DNA of 64,000 bases from a virus: the IMG/VR virus record IMGVR_UViG_3300033997_000077, positions 65,993-129,992 of that record. One strand, given 5' to 3'. Of the stretch, positions 18,394 through 27,621 are shown piece by piece. The position numbers were made by a program, and so were the translations under genes. The stretch's first letter is position 1; each line of letters starts with the position of its first letter. The notes below the pieces were generated by a model. That model ran no database searches. It saw nothing but the letters and a program-made list of their open reading frames with translations, and was not told where the DNA came from.

Positions 18394-19419
18394 TTACACC
18401 TCCACCATGTTGCGCGGCTGAACATAGAATCCAGTTACTGTAGGCGTGTCGTCTGAGGTAAGGCCCGCAACCTTACTCAAAATTACTTCCTCTGACCCGC
18501 CGGGCCCGCCCACGGTGAACGCGAACAGTGGGATGCGTGACTTGGCGGAAATCACACCGTCCGTTACCAAAGTCTGCAACGATGCAATGCTATTTCCGGT
18601 AGGTCGTGATCCGGTCGGGATCAGCAGGCCCCACTTCACGTCAGGGTGATTACGCTGAATCATTGGAGAGGCGGCGTAGAATGCAAAGCTGCAAGACGAT
18701 TCGGTGATAGCCCCAAGCGCGCCAGTACCGAGTCGCAGACGCAGCTTCGTGGTAGTCGCACTGAAAGGTACAAACCCAGCTGTAGTCGCGCGCTGGGCAA
18801 CACACTGCACCCAAGCAGCACCGTCCCAATAATCAACCGCGATGTTCTTGGTACTCGCCATCGACCACTGATCGATACTCATACCAGTCAAGGTCTGCGG
18901 AGAGTTGAAACCGACCACGATATGCGCAGTGGGATTCAACTCTGGCACTTGGTGCGGGCTCAACCACGTCGCGTCCGTGTACGTCCCATTGACGCTACCT
19001 GAGTTAGGTAGTCGGCAAAGCATCTGGGCGACAAATAGACTGAACCAGCCGCACTCGATGCGATTACCAGAGGCGTCTTGGATCTCAATGGTGTCTGGAA
19101 CCAAACGTACTGCGCTGCCTGAAGCGGCGAACGTGTGGCCTGATAGAGCAACGCGCAGCGGCCCGCCCTTCATCTGACCGATAGTTGATACCGCGTTGAA
19201 GAAGGTAGTCCACTCGGATCCAGCGCCGTTGTAGTTCGCGCGAGTCCCAGTAACGTAGGTGACCCCGACGCTCTTGTTCCACATGTCGCAGAAGTCTTTG
19301 AGGTTTACCTTTGCCGCCAATTCTGCGTGCGTAGTTGGTGGCGTACCGTCCATCAGCAACAGCATGTAGGTCTGGTTTGCTGACGACAGGTTCAGGCCAA
19401 GCTCTTTCATTAGTTCCAT
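18394..19419 (-). CDS. putative virion structural protein with inserted discoidin-like domain (group C)
   Basis: LMDGTPPT, AVDYWDGAAW, FTVGGPGGSEEVIL. Confidence 0.6.
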   Translation of the reverse strand: MELMKELGLNLSSANQTYMLLLMDGTPPTTHAELAAKVNLKDFCDMWNKSVGVTYVTGTRANYNGAGSEWTTFFNAVSTIGQMKGGPLRVALSGHTFAASGSAVRLVPDTIEIQDASGNRIECGWFSLFVAQMLCRLPNSGSVNGTYTDATWLSPHQVPELNPTAHIVVGFNSPQTLTGMSIDQWSMASTKNIAVDYWDGAAWVQCVAQRATTAGFVPFSATTTKLRLRLGTGALGAITESSCSFAFYAASPMIQRNHPDVKWGLLIPTGSRPTGNSIASLQTLVTDGVISAKSRIPLFAFTVGGPGGSEEVILSKVAGLTSDDTPTVTGFYVQPRNMVEV

Positions 19420-19431
19420 ACTTGTGTCCTG

Positions 19432-20070
19432 TTACCGTAAAATTTCTGGGAAGGAAGACAGGTTATCGCTAGTGGCGCTCGACGTCTGAACCACACCAAC
19501 TACTGACGGCTGCCCCTGAAGCGTACCGACTGAAGGTGCACTCACTTGAAGCGAGAACACCTGCGGCTTGTTGATCAGATTCTTCTGCACGTCTCCGACT
19601 TGCTGGCCGGGTACGCCTGAGAGTTCAAGTTTCGCCTCGAACGCTTTGTCTTCCGCGCTAACCGTGTTGCGTGACAGCTTGGCTTCCGCACCTGATAGCC
19701 CAGCACTGCACTGGTAGCAGCGAACGACTTTGGCCGCTGCTGTGCTTCCATCAAGCAACGCCAGCACCACGTAAGTGACAGTGCCGCTTTTCACTGGGGA
19801 GTACACGCACTTGCTCGGGACAGAGAACGCGGGCACATACTTCTGGCCGTAGGCCGACGTCTGGCTGCGCATCATGCGAAAGCCGAACGCACTGACATCG
19901 GAGTTAGGCACCGCTGTTGCCAACGTGGAGCCCAATGCTCGCAAGTCAGCGACGGTTTTCCCCGTTAGGTTCCCAAGCGCCGCTGCTGACATCGGCCCTG
20001 AAGAGAGTACGACGCACAGTCGGTAGCCTGCGGGAACCGTGAACTTGTTGAACATGTAATCTGCGATCAT
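19432..20070 (-). CDS. putative virion structural protein (group C)
   Basis: LSSGPMS, KSGTVTY, SAGLSGAEAKL. Confidence 0.55.
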   Translation of the reverse strand: MIADYMFNKFTVPAGYRLCVVLSSGPMSAAALGNLTGKTVADLRALGSTLATAVPNSDVSAFGFRMMRSQTSAYGQKYVPAFSVPSKCVYSPVKSGTVTYVVLALLDGSTAAAKVVRCYQCSAGLSGAEAKLSRNTVSAEDKAFEAKLELSGVPGQQVGDVQKNLINKPQVFSLQVSAPSVGTLQGQPSVVGVVQTSSATSDNLSSFPEILR

Positions 20071-20076
20071 ATGCCC

Positions 20077-20802
20077 TCACACAAAGTTTGGAGTGACGAG
20101 CAGCGTAGTGATCGAAACCCCGTAGGCAATCGTAAGGCTCGGCAGTTGAATCGAGTTACCGCCCCACGGATCCAGCAGCACGCCGAATGAAGGAATGGCC
20201 GCCGATTGCAGGGTCGCGGCGTTGGGCAGCCAGTTGCACATGAGGCAACCACCGTCCTCTATGCGCAACGTGATTGCCAAGTTCGTGACTGTCTTGTTCA
20301 CCGCGATATTCAGCGGAGTTGCGGACGGCACGAAACTTACCTCCGCAATAGTCGCACCGTCCGCAACAACCTTGTAGGTCGCGCCGCTCGGGTAAGCTCC
20401 CGTATCAGGATCCGGCAGCAGATTCGGAGTCAACGTTGTGATTGCTTGCCCGCCAGTGTACGTCATGTTCAACGTCATTGACTTGTGGCCTCGCATCAGC
20501 CCGCCGCTGAACAGCATGGCAACAGGCATCGAGTCAATGACGCCGGTATTGTAGCCACTCACTGTATTCTGCGTTGCACTGAACGCGGTAGGCATTGGCG
20601 GAAGTGCCTTGATCGTACCGAACTTGATTGAGCAAAGTTGGGTCAGTGCATCTTCCGGTGCCTTCGTGGTGCCAACGCATTTGTGCGTAGACTTCAGCAT
20701 CTCCGCTGCGCTGGTCGACGTGCACCCGAGAAAGAGATCCACACTGCGCTCAACGTCAAACGCTTTGCTCCATGAGATGGGGTTTCCACTCAGAATAGGC
20801 AT
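20077..20802 (-). CDS. putative virion structural protein (divergent group C)
   Basis: 241 aa; GGAGA RBS; C-terminal IQLPSLTIAYGVSIT. Confidence 0.55.
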   Translation of the reverse strand: MPILSGNPISWSKAFDVERSVDLFLGCTSTSAAEMLKSTHKCVGTTKAPEDALTQLCSIKFGTIKALPPMPTAFSATQNTVSGYNTGVIDSMPVAMLFSGGLMRGHKSMTLNMTYTGGQAITTLTPNLLPDPDTGAYPSGATYKVVADGATIAEVSFVPSATPLNIAVNKTVTNLAITLRIEDGGCLMCNWLPNAATLQSAAIPSFGVLLDPWGGNSIQLPSLTIAYGVSITTLLVTPNFV

Positions 20803-20811
20803 TGTCTCTCC

Positions 20812-21402
20812 TTACACCCATACCCAACCAGCAGGCGGCGGAGTACCGTCGCGTCCGAAGTCGAGTTGGAATTGTTGATACGCACGGCGCGTCACACAAT
20901 CGAACGTAACGGGCCCGCCCGGATAACCAGCGTAACTGTCGCTTCCGTACTGCGCCCACCAACGAAGGTAACCGTTCGCCGCGTAGTCGAAGTACATCCA
21001 CTGCCATCCCCACCCGTCAACGGCGTCGCCGTATTTGAGCTGCGGTCTGTTACCCTCGGAGATGAAGCGCCGTAGGATGAACGCGTTATCACTATGGTCA
21101 CCGCCACCGCCACACCACACACGAATAACTTTCTTCTCGCCGGGACGAATCAGTCGGCTGAAATTGAGCGGCGCGTAGAACAGCGAGAGGTTTGGGCGTC
21201 CCTTCAGGCTCTGAATCTTGTCGATACCGAGCACATTAAACAGCTGCCCTTCAGCGCCGGGCGTTCCGTCTGCGTTGATCCAGTTGAGCTGGAATCCAGA
21301 CTCCGGAATCAGCGAGTTCGTCACCACACGATTCGTTGCAGGCACTGTCAGTTTGTGGCTGACGTCCAGAGGATTTTCGTGCGCTGGGTCGTAGATGATC
21401 AT
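20812..21402 (-). CDS. small adhesin-like protein (SPRY-like, family B)
   Basis: Ends LDFGRDGTPPPAGWVWV; ATG 21402 after GGAGG. Confidence 0.55.
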   Translation of the reverse strand: MIIYDPAHENPLDVSHKLTVPATNRVVTNSLIPESGFQLNWINADGTPGAEGQLFNVLGIDKIQSLKGRPNLSLFYAPLNFSRLIRPGEKKVIRVWCGGGGDHSDNAFILRRFISEGNRPQLKYGDAVDGWGWQWMYFDYAANGYLRWWAQYGSDSYAGYPGGPVTFDCVTRRAYQQFQLDFGRDGTPPPAGWVWV

Positions 21403-21410
21403 GGCACCTC

Positions 21411-21872
21411 CTAGTAGCCAACCACGAATTGAAACTCCATCCAGTGTGTGCTGGTTGACCCGCCCCACGTGTTAACGCCCACGATGCGGATACGTCGTTT
21501 GCTGTTTACGAGAATCGGTGCAAGCGGGTTGTTATCAAGTTGGACAAGCGAGTTGTATTCGCCAAAGGGGAAGCGCACAGTGGCGTGAGCACGCCAGATG
21601 TTGTCATCGCCAAGAACTTCGATGCGCGCATCCTTTATGGCTTGGCTCTTAACTTGGCTGTTGTGGTTCTGCCGGATATAGCGGACACCAACAACTTTCC
21701 ACCCAGCGTACTTGGCGTTCAGTGTGGCATCGCCATAAGCGAGACCGGAAGAAGTAATATTGCCGAGAGTTCCGTCAAACATTCCGTTCGCCGGATTCTG
21801 CGCTGCGTGCGCAGTTGCGATTTCAGAGTACGTGAACAGCGGAGCAGCAAAATTGATTACGTTAAGCATCAT
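21411..21872 (-). CDS. small discoidin (F5/8-type)-like protein (family A-like)
   Basis: GMFDG, RYIRQN, IKDARIEVLGDDNIW, RRIRIVGVNTWG, MEFQF. Confidence 0.55.
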   Translation of the reverse strand: MMLNVINFAAPLFTYSEIATAHAAQNPANGMFDGTLGNITSSGLAYGDATLNAKYAGWKVVGVRYIRQNHNSQVKSQAIKDARIEVLGDDNIWRAHATVRFPFGEYNSLVQLDNNPLAPILVNSKRRIRIVGVNTWGGSTSTHWMEFQFVVGY

Positions 21873-21916
21873 GGTACATGTCCTCAGAAGGTGGGGGACT
21901 AGCCCCCACACTTTGA

Positions 21917-22147
21917 TTAGCGCAGTACCGCAGTACCAGCGGTCGGGATCCCAGCGAAGGTGATCTTCACTTCGTTGGCCGACACGATCTTCACTTCTTC
22001 GGGCAGCGCTTTGCGCGGAGTGTCCCATCCGGTAAGCTGGATGTAGACGTCAACCGCAGGCTCGCGGCCAAAGCCGTGATAGATGTTCCACTCGGCGGCG
22101 GGCACGGTTTGCTTGTGAACTTTCTCACGCGGAATTGAAAAGGACAT
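21917..22147 (-). CDS. small fibre-associated protein (single W-x-I-x-H-x-L/F-G module)
   Basis: EWNIYHGFGREPAVDV; GGAGG RBS. Confidence 0.65.
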   Translation of the reverse strand: MSFSIPREKVHKQTVPAAEWNIYHGFGREPAVDVYIQLTGWDTPRKALPEEVKIVSANEVKITFAGIPTAGTAVLR

Positions 22148-22156
22148 AGCGCCTCC

Positions 22157-22765
22157 TTAGAACAGCAGCAGAGTACCTGCTACGGAGTTGGTGCCGAAGT
22201 CCACGCTGACAGTGTTAGCGTCAGCAGCCACAGGGGCTTGAACTTCCGCGCCGTTCACGTAGATGCGAACAGTGGGGATGCGACCCAAGTTGTGCGCCAG
22301 CTCCCACTTAGTGGATGCGGTGAACTTCTGGGATACCACGGGCGACAGAGCGGGAGTGCCGAACATGGTGCCGGACAGGACGGTAACGCTGCCCTGCATC
22401 GGAGTGTTGAGCGTGATGGACAGAGTGTTCTCGTCCACGATCACAACTTCGTCAGGCGTGAAGATGTGGCCGTTCACGTCGTAGATCTGGAACACCGGAG
22501 TGGAGTTGTTCAGACCGTGCTCGACCAGCCAAGTGGTGGAGTTGGTCGGCTGGTTGAAGCGGAACATCTGCACTTCGCTGGACTGAGGAATCCACACGGG
22601 CAGCGGCTCTTGCGGATTGGTGCCGACGTCCACGCACAGCATCAGGCGCTTCTGGATCATTTCCAGAGAGCCGATGGTGGGCTTCGCCGGATACTCGGTT
22701 TTGTTTTCGAGGGACATGCTTTGGATCTTGTTACCCAGCATGTTGACATTACCTAGAACTTTCAT
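22157..22765 (-). CDS. fibre-associated protein with two W..H.L modules
   Basis: TWLVEHGLNNSTP and KWELAHNLGRIPTV. Confidence 0.7.
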   Translation of the reverse strand: MKVLGNVNMLGNKIQSMSLENKTEYPAKPTIGSLEMIQKRLMLCVDVGTNPQEPLPVWIPQSSEVQMFRFNQPTNSTTWLVEHGLNNSTPVFQIYDVNGHIFTPDEVVIVDENTLSITLNTPMQGSVTVLSGTMFGTPALSPVVSQKFTASTKWELAHNLGRIPTVRIYVNGAEVQAPVAADANTVSVDFGTNSVAGTLLLF

Positions 22766-22791
22766 GTGCGTTTCTCCGCAGAATGAAAACT

Positions 22792-22817
22792 AAAAAGGGG
22801 AGCATTGCGCTCCCCTC
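22792..22817 (-). terminator. intrinsic terminator
   Basis: GGGGAGC-GCAAT-GCTCCCC followed by TTTTT on the - strand. Confidence 0.8.
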
Positions 22818-22833
22818 CATGACGTGTCAGCTA

Positions 22834-24528
22834 TCAGTTCTTGTTGCCGCGAACTACGACACGGATACCGGAAGCAGGCAGAACGCTTACGCTTACGGTG
22901 TTGGCATCTACACGAACGATGGAATCAACCATTACGGTTGCGCCGTCTGCGTCCATGACTTCAACTTGCGGGAATGCGTTGTTGAGACCGTGGACGATGG
23001 TGTGAGTAGCCTGCACGTTTGCCAGACCGTTGTAAACGTGCTCGCTGTTGGTCAGACGAGTGTTCACAGCTTCGGCAGCAGCGGTAGCTTCAGCCTTGGC
23101 AGCGTTCAGTTCCAGCAGACGCACGACGTCGGTGTCAGCAGCGGGAACAGCGGTAACCTTCAGATCAGCAGCGGTGTCGCCAGTTTTCTTCAGGTAGGTC
23201 TGTTCCAGCACAGCGTTGTCAACGGACACGCCGTCGGCATCGACGATGATACCACCAGCGGCTTTGGCCTTGACGGTAACGGCAGAGCCTTCACCACCAA
23301 CCAGACCGTTACCGAAAGCAGCAGCAGCCAGCTCGGCAGCGCCGATACCTTTGGCGGCAACTTTCAGACCAGCAGCGGTTTTCGCCAGAGTCACGCCGTC
23401 GAGTTTGACGGACAGCTTGGCGTCAGCAGCGGTGGATTCAGCACCGTCAGCATCCAGCAGGGCCAGACCGGATTCAGCGCGCAGGTCGATACCAACGCCA
23501 TCTTCCGGCAGCTCAACGATACCAGCACCCATGCGGACGTTGATGGTGTTGCCGACTTGCTCCAGACCAGCACCAGCGTTGATGTCGCTCAGGCCACCGA
23601 AGGAACCCCACGCACCAGTCAGGTAACGCTTGTAGGTCTTGGTGCCGTTGTCCCACGCCAGAGTACCGTTGGCTTTTTCGCCTTCAGCGCTCACGTCGAA
23701 CACAACAACGAACTCGGTGCCGTCGTGCTCAACGATGTCGCCGTTACCAACACCAGCGATGGTGCCGAAGCCAGCGTGCAGAGCGGCAACGTCGGTCAGG
23801 ATGTAGCGGTCGCCTTTCACAGCAACGCCCGGATCCAGAGTGGCGTCAACTTGTACGCCCTTCACGTCTTCTTGCCAGTTCAGACCGGACAGTGCGTTGT
23901 CGATGTCGATCTGACGAGCGGCATCGGTCGGCGCATTCGGAGCACCCAGACCAGAGATCTTGTGGCCGTTGGCGTTGATGTCGCCATCGAGGTTGTCACC
24001 GCCTTTGTTCAGCGGCACGTAACCCAGCTTGTCTTGCTTGCCATCGACTTGGCCTTGGATCGGGCCAGTGACGCCGGACAGGTGTGCGATTTCAGCAGCG
24101 GTAGCGCCGCCTTCGATCACTTTACCTTGAGCGTCGGACACCACAGCTTTGTTCGCGCCCAGATCAGCGGAGACGATGGTGGAAGCCGCACCAGTCACAA
24201 CGTTCTGTTTGGTAGCCAGCAGGGTTACAGCGTAACCTTTGGAGATGGCAGCCTTGTCGTCGGAACCAGACTGGTCAGTGCTGGACAGGATCAGGTCGGC
24301 GGTCATGGCGATGGTGCCATCCGCGCGGATGTAATCGCTCAGGTCGCCACCGACAGCCAGAGTGATGATTGCGGTGCCGTTGTAGAACTTCAGAGACTTG
24401 GAGGTAGAGTTCCACCAGCCGCGACCTTCAAACAGCTCGACACCGGACGGGTCGACGGCCAGAATCTCGGGGATGAAATTCTTGATTTGGCCTTGGCCCA
24501 GCAGTTTCAGATTACCAGCTACGTTCAT
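22834..24528 (-). CDS. tail/whisker fibre protein, probably highly expressed
   Basis: Gly/Ala-rich; YVPLNKGGDNLDG, ISGLGAPNAPTDAA and AGAGL fibre motifs; strong codon bias; C-terminal HGLNN module. Confidence 0.75.
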   Translation of the reverse strand: MNVAGNLKLLGQGQIKNFIPEILAVDPSGVELFEGRGWWNSTSKSLKFYNGTAIITLAVGGDLSDYIRADGTIAMTADLILSSTDQSGSDDKAAISKGYAVTLLATKQNVVTGAASTIVSADLGANKAVVSDAQGKVIEGGATAAEIAHLSGVTGPIQGQVDGKQDKLGYVPLNKGGDNLDGDINANGHKISGLGAPNAPTDAARQIDIDNALSGLNWQEDVKGVQVDATLDPGVAVKGDRYILTDVAALHAGFGTIAGVGNGDIVEHDGTEFVVVFDVSAEGEKANGTLAWDNGTKTYKRYLTGAWGSFGGLSDINAGAGLEQVGNTINVRMGAGIVELPEDGVGIDLRAESGLALLDADGAESTAADAKLSVKLDGVTLAKTAAGLKVAAKGIGAAELAAAAFGNGLVGGEGSAVTVKAKAAGGIIVDADGVSVDNAVLEQTYLKKTGDTAADLKVTAVPAADTDVVRLLELNAAKAEATAAAEAVNTRLTNSEHVYNGLANVQATHTIVHGLNNAFPQVEVMDADGATVMVDSIVRVDANTVSVSVLPASGIRVVVRGNKN

Positions 24529-24540
24529 GTTGTCTCTCCG

Positions 24541-25281
24541 TTAAGACAGTTTCAGTGAGTAGGTGGATACAGAATCAAGGAGTGCTCTGTATGCCACCAG
24601 ACTACGCTCGTCATCACGCACCTTTGCGTCATCGAACTCGCATAGAACTTTGATCTCAGCTTCACCCTTCAACAGATTGTGTGCGCGATACACATTCAAT
24701 CTGGCGCGGGCCAAGCTGTAAGATTTACGAGCCTGAATCCGAATATCAATGTCACTCAGATAGAGGATCGGTGCAGCGCCATTCAACAGGCACACCAGTT
24801 CGTGCAAGACGAACATGATGTGATTGAGGTACGACGTGCAAAAGCTGACTGCCATGCAGAACGCGGATTCGATGTCACCTTCGAGAAGGTCACGCGCGGC
24901 ATCCAGCAACGGCGTAGCAGATTCAGCGACCACCGCAGACCACGGCCCAGCGAATACTGGGTCGAAGTCTTGAGGGTTATCTTTTATGATTTGGTGGAGG
25001 CTCGAACTAAATTCCCGAGCCGACACCTTACACTTCGCCACCGCGACCTCAGAAACCACCCCATCGCTACACGCGATGAAAGCAACTTCGATGTCGCGGA
25101 GAAGAAGCTCCATTGCCGAGAAATACTGAAGCAGAATCTCTCTGGCTGTTGGGGAGAAGATGTTGGATTTGGGCCCATCAAGAATCTCCCCGAGCATATA
25201 GGACTTAGCGCTGTAGAATCCAGCATACTGCGCTGCACTGCTTCGGCGAAAGCCTATGTTGTTTCGGAGATATTTACTCAC
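24541..25281 (-). CDS. hypothetical protein
   Basis: 246-aa ORF, coupled to the upstream gene. Confidence 0.6.
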   Translation of the reverse strand: MSKYLRNNIGFRRSSAAQYAGFYSAKSYMLGEILDGPKSNIFSPTAREILLQYFSAMELLLRDIEVAFIACSDGVVSEVAVAKCKVSAREFSSSLHQIIKDNPQDFDPVFAGPWSAVVAESATPLLDAARDLLEGDIESAFCMAVSFCTSYLNHIMFVLHELVCLLNGAAPILYLSDIDIRIQARKSYSLARARLNVYRAHNLLKGEAEIKVLCEFDDAKVRDDERSLVAYRALLDSVSTYSLKLS

Positions 25282-25736
25282 TATCTGAGTCCTCGAACGT
25301 TAAGGCCGTCAGGTGAACGTTGCACTTGGCGTTGTCCACCCATTGCGTTAACGGTGTTGGTTAAGCTGACGAAGCGGGTGGCTAGGTTGTGCATCTGCTG
25401 GCGAATCTCGTCCAGCAAGGTATACAACTCAGCCTGTGCCGTTCCTTCAGCACGCGAGGTAACGGTAGCGTGAGTTTGCATCTCTGCAAGCACTCGATTC
25501 AGCTCCGTCATTTGCTGCGTGACCGAGGCTAGTTCCTCGGACATGCGCTCAACCAGATTTTCCACGCGCTCAGGTGAGTGGTTCGTTGCTTCCTTCAGCT
25601 GCTCTCGCAGTTGGTTCCGTTCCAAGATCGCTGGCAGCGCAACATACCACGTAAACGCGATAAGGGCGCAGGCGATCAAGACCGAGATTACGGTAGCGAA
25701 GTTTCCGTTAAGCAGGGTTTGAATGAATTCCATCAT
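25281..25736 (-). CDS. membrane-anchored coiled-coil protein
   Basis: N-terminal TM FATVISVLIACALIAFTWYVAL followed by a heptad-rich helix. Confidence 0.6.
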   Translation of the reverse strand: MMEFIQTLLNGNFATVISVLIACALIAFTWYVALPAILERNQLREQLKEATNHSPERVENLVERMSEELASVTQQMTELNRVLAEMQTHATVTSRAEGTAQAELYTLLDEIRQQMHNLATRFVSLTNTVNAMGGQRQVQRSPDGLNVRGLR

Positions 25737-26023
25737 CTTCGTTCCTTGCATTCTTTCCCAGTCGCTTCAATCACCAACCGGACGCTATCGCCGCGAACGT
25801 CCGGAACGGGAATGAGCTTGCTGACTGTAGGTGGGAAGTCGAGGCATTCCTTGCCCCTAACCGAATCGTAGAAACAAATGGCTGACGCGCAAAACACCTG
25901 CTCGTCAACCTGAGATGGCGAGGGCTCACGACTACGGGAACCCGTCCACACGACAGACACTAGCAGGACTGCTGCGGCAACAATCAATGCGCGTCTGACG
26001 ATGGCCACGATTTTATCGTCCAT
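25733..26023 (-). CDS. small membrane/secreted Cys-containing protein
   Basis: TM ALIVAAAVLLVSVVW; four Cys in the C-terminal part. Confidence 0.55.
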   Translation of the reverse strand: MDDKIVAIVRRALIVAAAVLLVSVVWTGSRSREPSPSQVDEQVFCASAICFYDSVRGKECLDFPPTVSKLIPVPDVRGDSVRLVIEATGKECKERR

Positions 26024-26037
26024 TGTGTGCCTTCAAA

Positions 26038-26937
26038 TTATTGAGTGATAGAATCTATATCTTTGAACCCTACAACATAGACCTCTTTGAGACCAAGGGC
26101 GCGCAGACGTTTCGGATCCACACACAGAACAACGTTACCTGCTGTGATAGTGCTCGACTCGAAGTTGATCTGTGCGGCACTATGTCGCACGCTTACAGCG
26201 CCGGGAGCGCTGTCAATCACACTCAAGTCAAGCAGGCCCGTGCGGCGAATCATGTTCGCAACCTTGGGGCCGAGCACTGCGTAGTCGAACTCAATGTCCT
26301 CTACGTGAGTCAAAGCATTTATGATCGCAACGTTGTCGTTGCGTGGAATACTGGCGAGCGCTGACTTCAGTTCGCCGAGCGTGGAGACCGCAATGGGCTC
26401 CAGTGACTTGAACCCTGAATCGCGAGCGACGTCATCATACAGCGGCCCATACTCCGGACGATAAAGGAGATAGAACTTGCGGTCGCTGATCCCCGTAGTG
26501 ACGAGGAATTTATGCAGACGCTCGAACGACGAACGCGCGATGTCCAAGATACCCAACGGCTTCACGGTGCGAAGTTTGGGCCCCAGAGCTTCACGCAATG
26601 TCGGGAAGTTGTCCAAGTCGATTTCGGCAGACACTACCAATTCTGGTTGCCACCTTTTTACCGCTTCCAGAATACGCGCTTCGTATTGGTCACTGATCCA
26701 CGTGTTACCGTTCGCCGCGCTCGGCAGGTACAAGGTAATCACGTGAGTGTAGCCGTTGCCAAGCAACTGCGCACCATACTGCGTTCCGCTGTAGGGCGAA
26801 AGCGACTCGCTGCGAATCACGAGTATGGTGCGTGGGCCCGCTACGGCTTCATTCCAATTGCCAACGCATAGCCAGATAGCGCAAGCGAGAAATACACTAC
26901 GTGCGTATCTCCCTCTCTTTGCACTCGGTCGGGCCAT
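26038..26937 (-). CDS. putative exported alpha/beta protein (periplasmic-binding-protein-like)
   Basis: Signal-peptide-like N-terminus (basic, FLACAIWLCV, AVA) then RTILVIRS...WQPELVVSAE; start uncertain. Confidence 0.45.
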   Translation of the reverse strand: MARPSAKRGRYARSVFLACAIWLCVGNWNEAVAGPRTILVIRSESLSPYSGTQYGAQLLGNGYTHVITLYLPSAANGNTWISDQYEARILEAVKRWQPELVVSAEIDLDNFPTLREALGPKLRTVKPLGILDIARSSFERLHKFLVTTGISDRKFYLLYRPEYGPLYDDVARDSGFKSLEPIAVSTLGELKSALASIPRNDNVAIINALTHVEDIEFDYAVLGPKVANMIRRTGLLDLSVIDSAPGAVSVRHSAAQINFESSTITAGNVVLCVDPKRLRALGLKEVYVVGFKDIDSITQ

Positions 26938-27620
26938 ATGTTATCCCCATTACTGTCAGTCACGAAAATGGTCACGATCACATCGGGGCCAAATCCGTGG
27001 TCGACTACCCAGACGCCCGATTCCATCTCTTGCGAGTGCAGATGCTGGTTGTTGGCGGCACTGCCTTCCAACACTTGAACCCGCGCAACCGTCTCGTCTG
27101 TCTTCAACATCAGAGCGCGGATACGCTGGTCATCATACAGCACTCGGTTGTTCATGTTCTGGTACATGGACATCAGAGAGTTGCGAACGCCGTTTACGAA
27201 CTTCCGCACCCAGCTAACCGGAGGCACTTCAGTTTCTTCGTAGACGTCTTTCGCCACAGGATACAATGGGCCAGTTAGCTGCCCACCTTCCACTAAATTA
27301 GCGGAGCGAACAACTTGGTCTTCGGGTGCCCAAATATTTTCTGTGCTGAAGATTGCATCGTAGTTGGTTTCCGGCGTCCACGTGTGGATCGTGCCGGATC
27401 CCGCAGCTTTCGATACTCGACGCCATAGCGTAGGCGTACCGTTGACTAGATGCACCCACAGGATATTCAGCGGCAGTACCAATTCCGTGGGTTCCACGTT
27501 GGAAACCACGACGTACTTATCTGTCCCTGCACGAACCTGATAGATAAGTGGGCCGTTTTGCAGCCCACTCTCTAGCGCTAGGTTATACATGGAAGTGGCA
27601 AATCCCTGAACACTTGGCAT
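26841..27620 (-). CDS. fibre-associated protein
   Basis: EGGQLTGPL, short coiled coil, C-terminal WVVDHGFG module. Confidence 0.6.
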   Translation of the reverse strand: MPSVQGFATSMYNLALESGLQNGPLIYQVRAGTDKYVVVSNVEPTELVLPLNILWVHLVNGTPTLWRRVSKAAGSGTIHTWTPETNYDAIFSTENIWAPEDQVVRSANLVEGGQLTGPLYPVAKDVYEETEVPPVSWVRKFVNGVRNSLMSMYQNMNNRVLYDDQRIRALMLKTDETVARVQVLEGSAANNQHLHSQEMESGVWVVDHGFGPDVIVTIFVTDSNGDNIWPDRVQREGDTHVVYFSLALSGYALAIGMKP

Positions 27621-27621
27621 T

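Noticed and set aside
22783-24558. 591-aa + strand ORF
   Set aside because: Antisense shadow of the strongly biased fibre gene; it starts at a terminator
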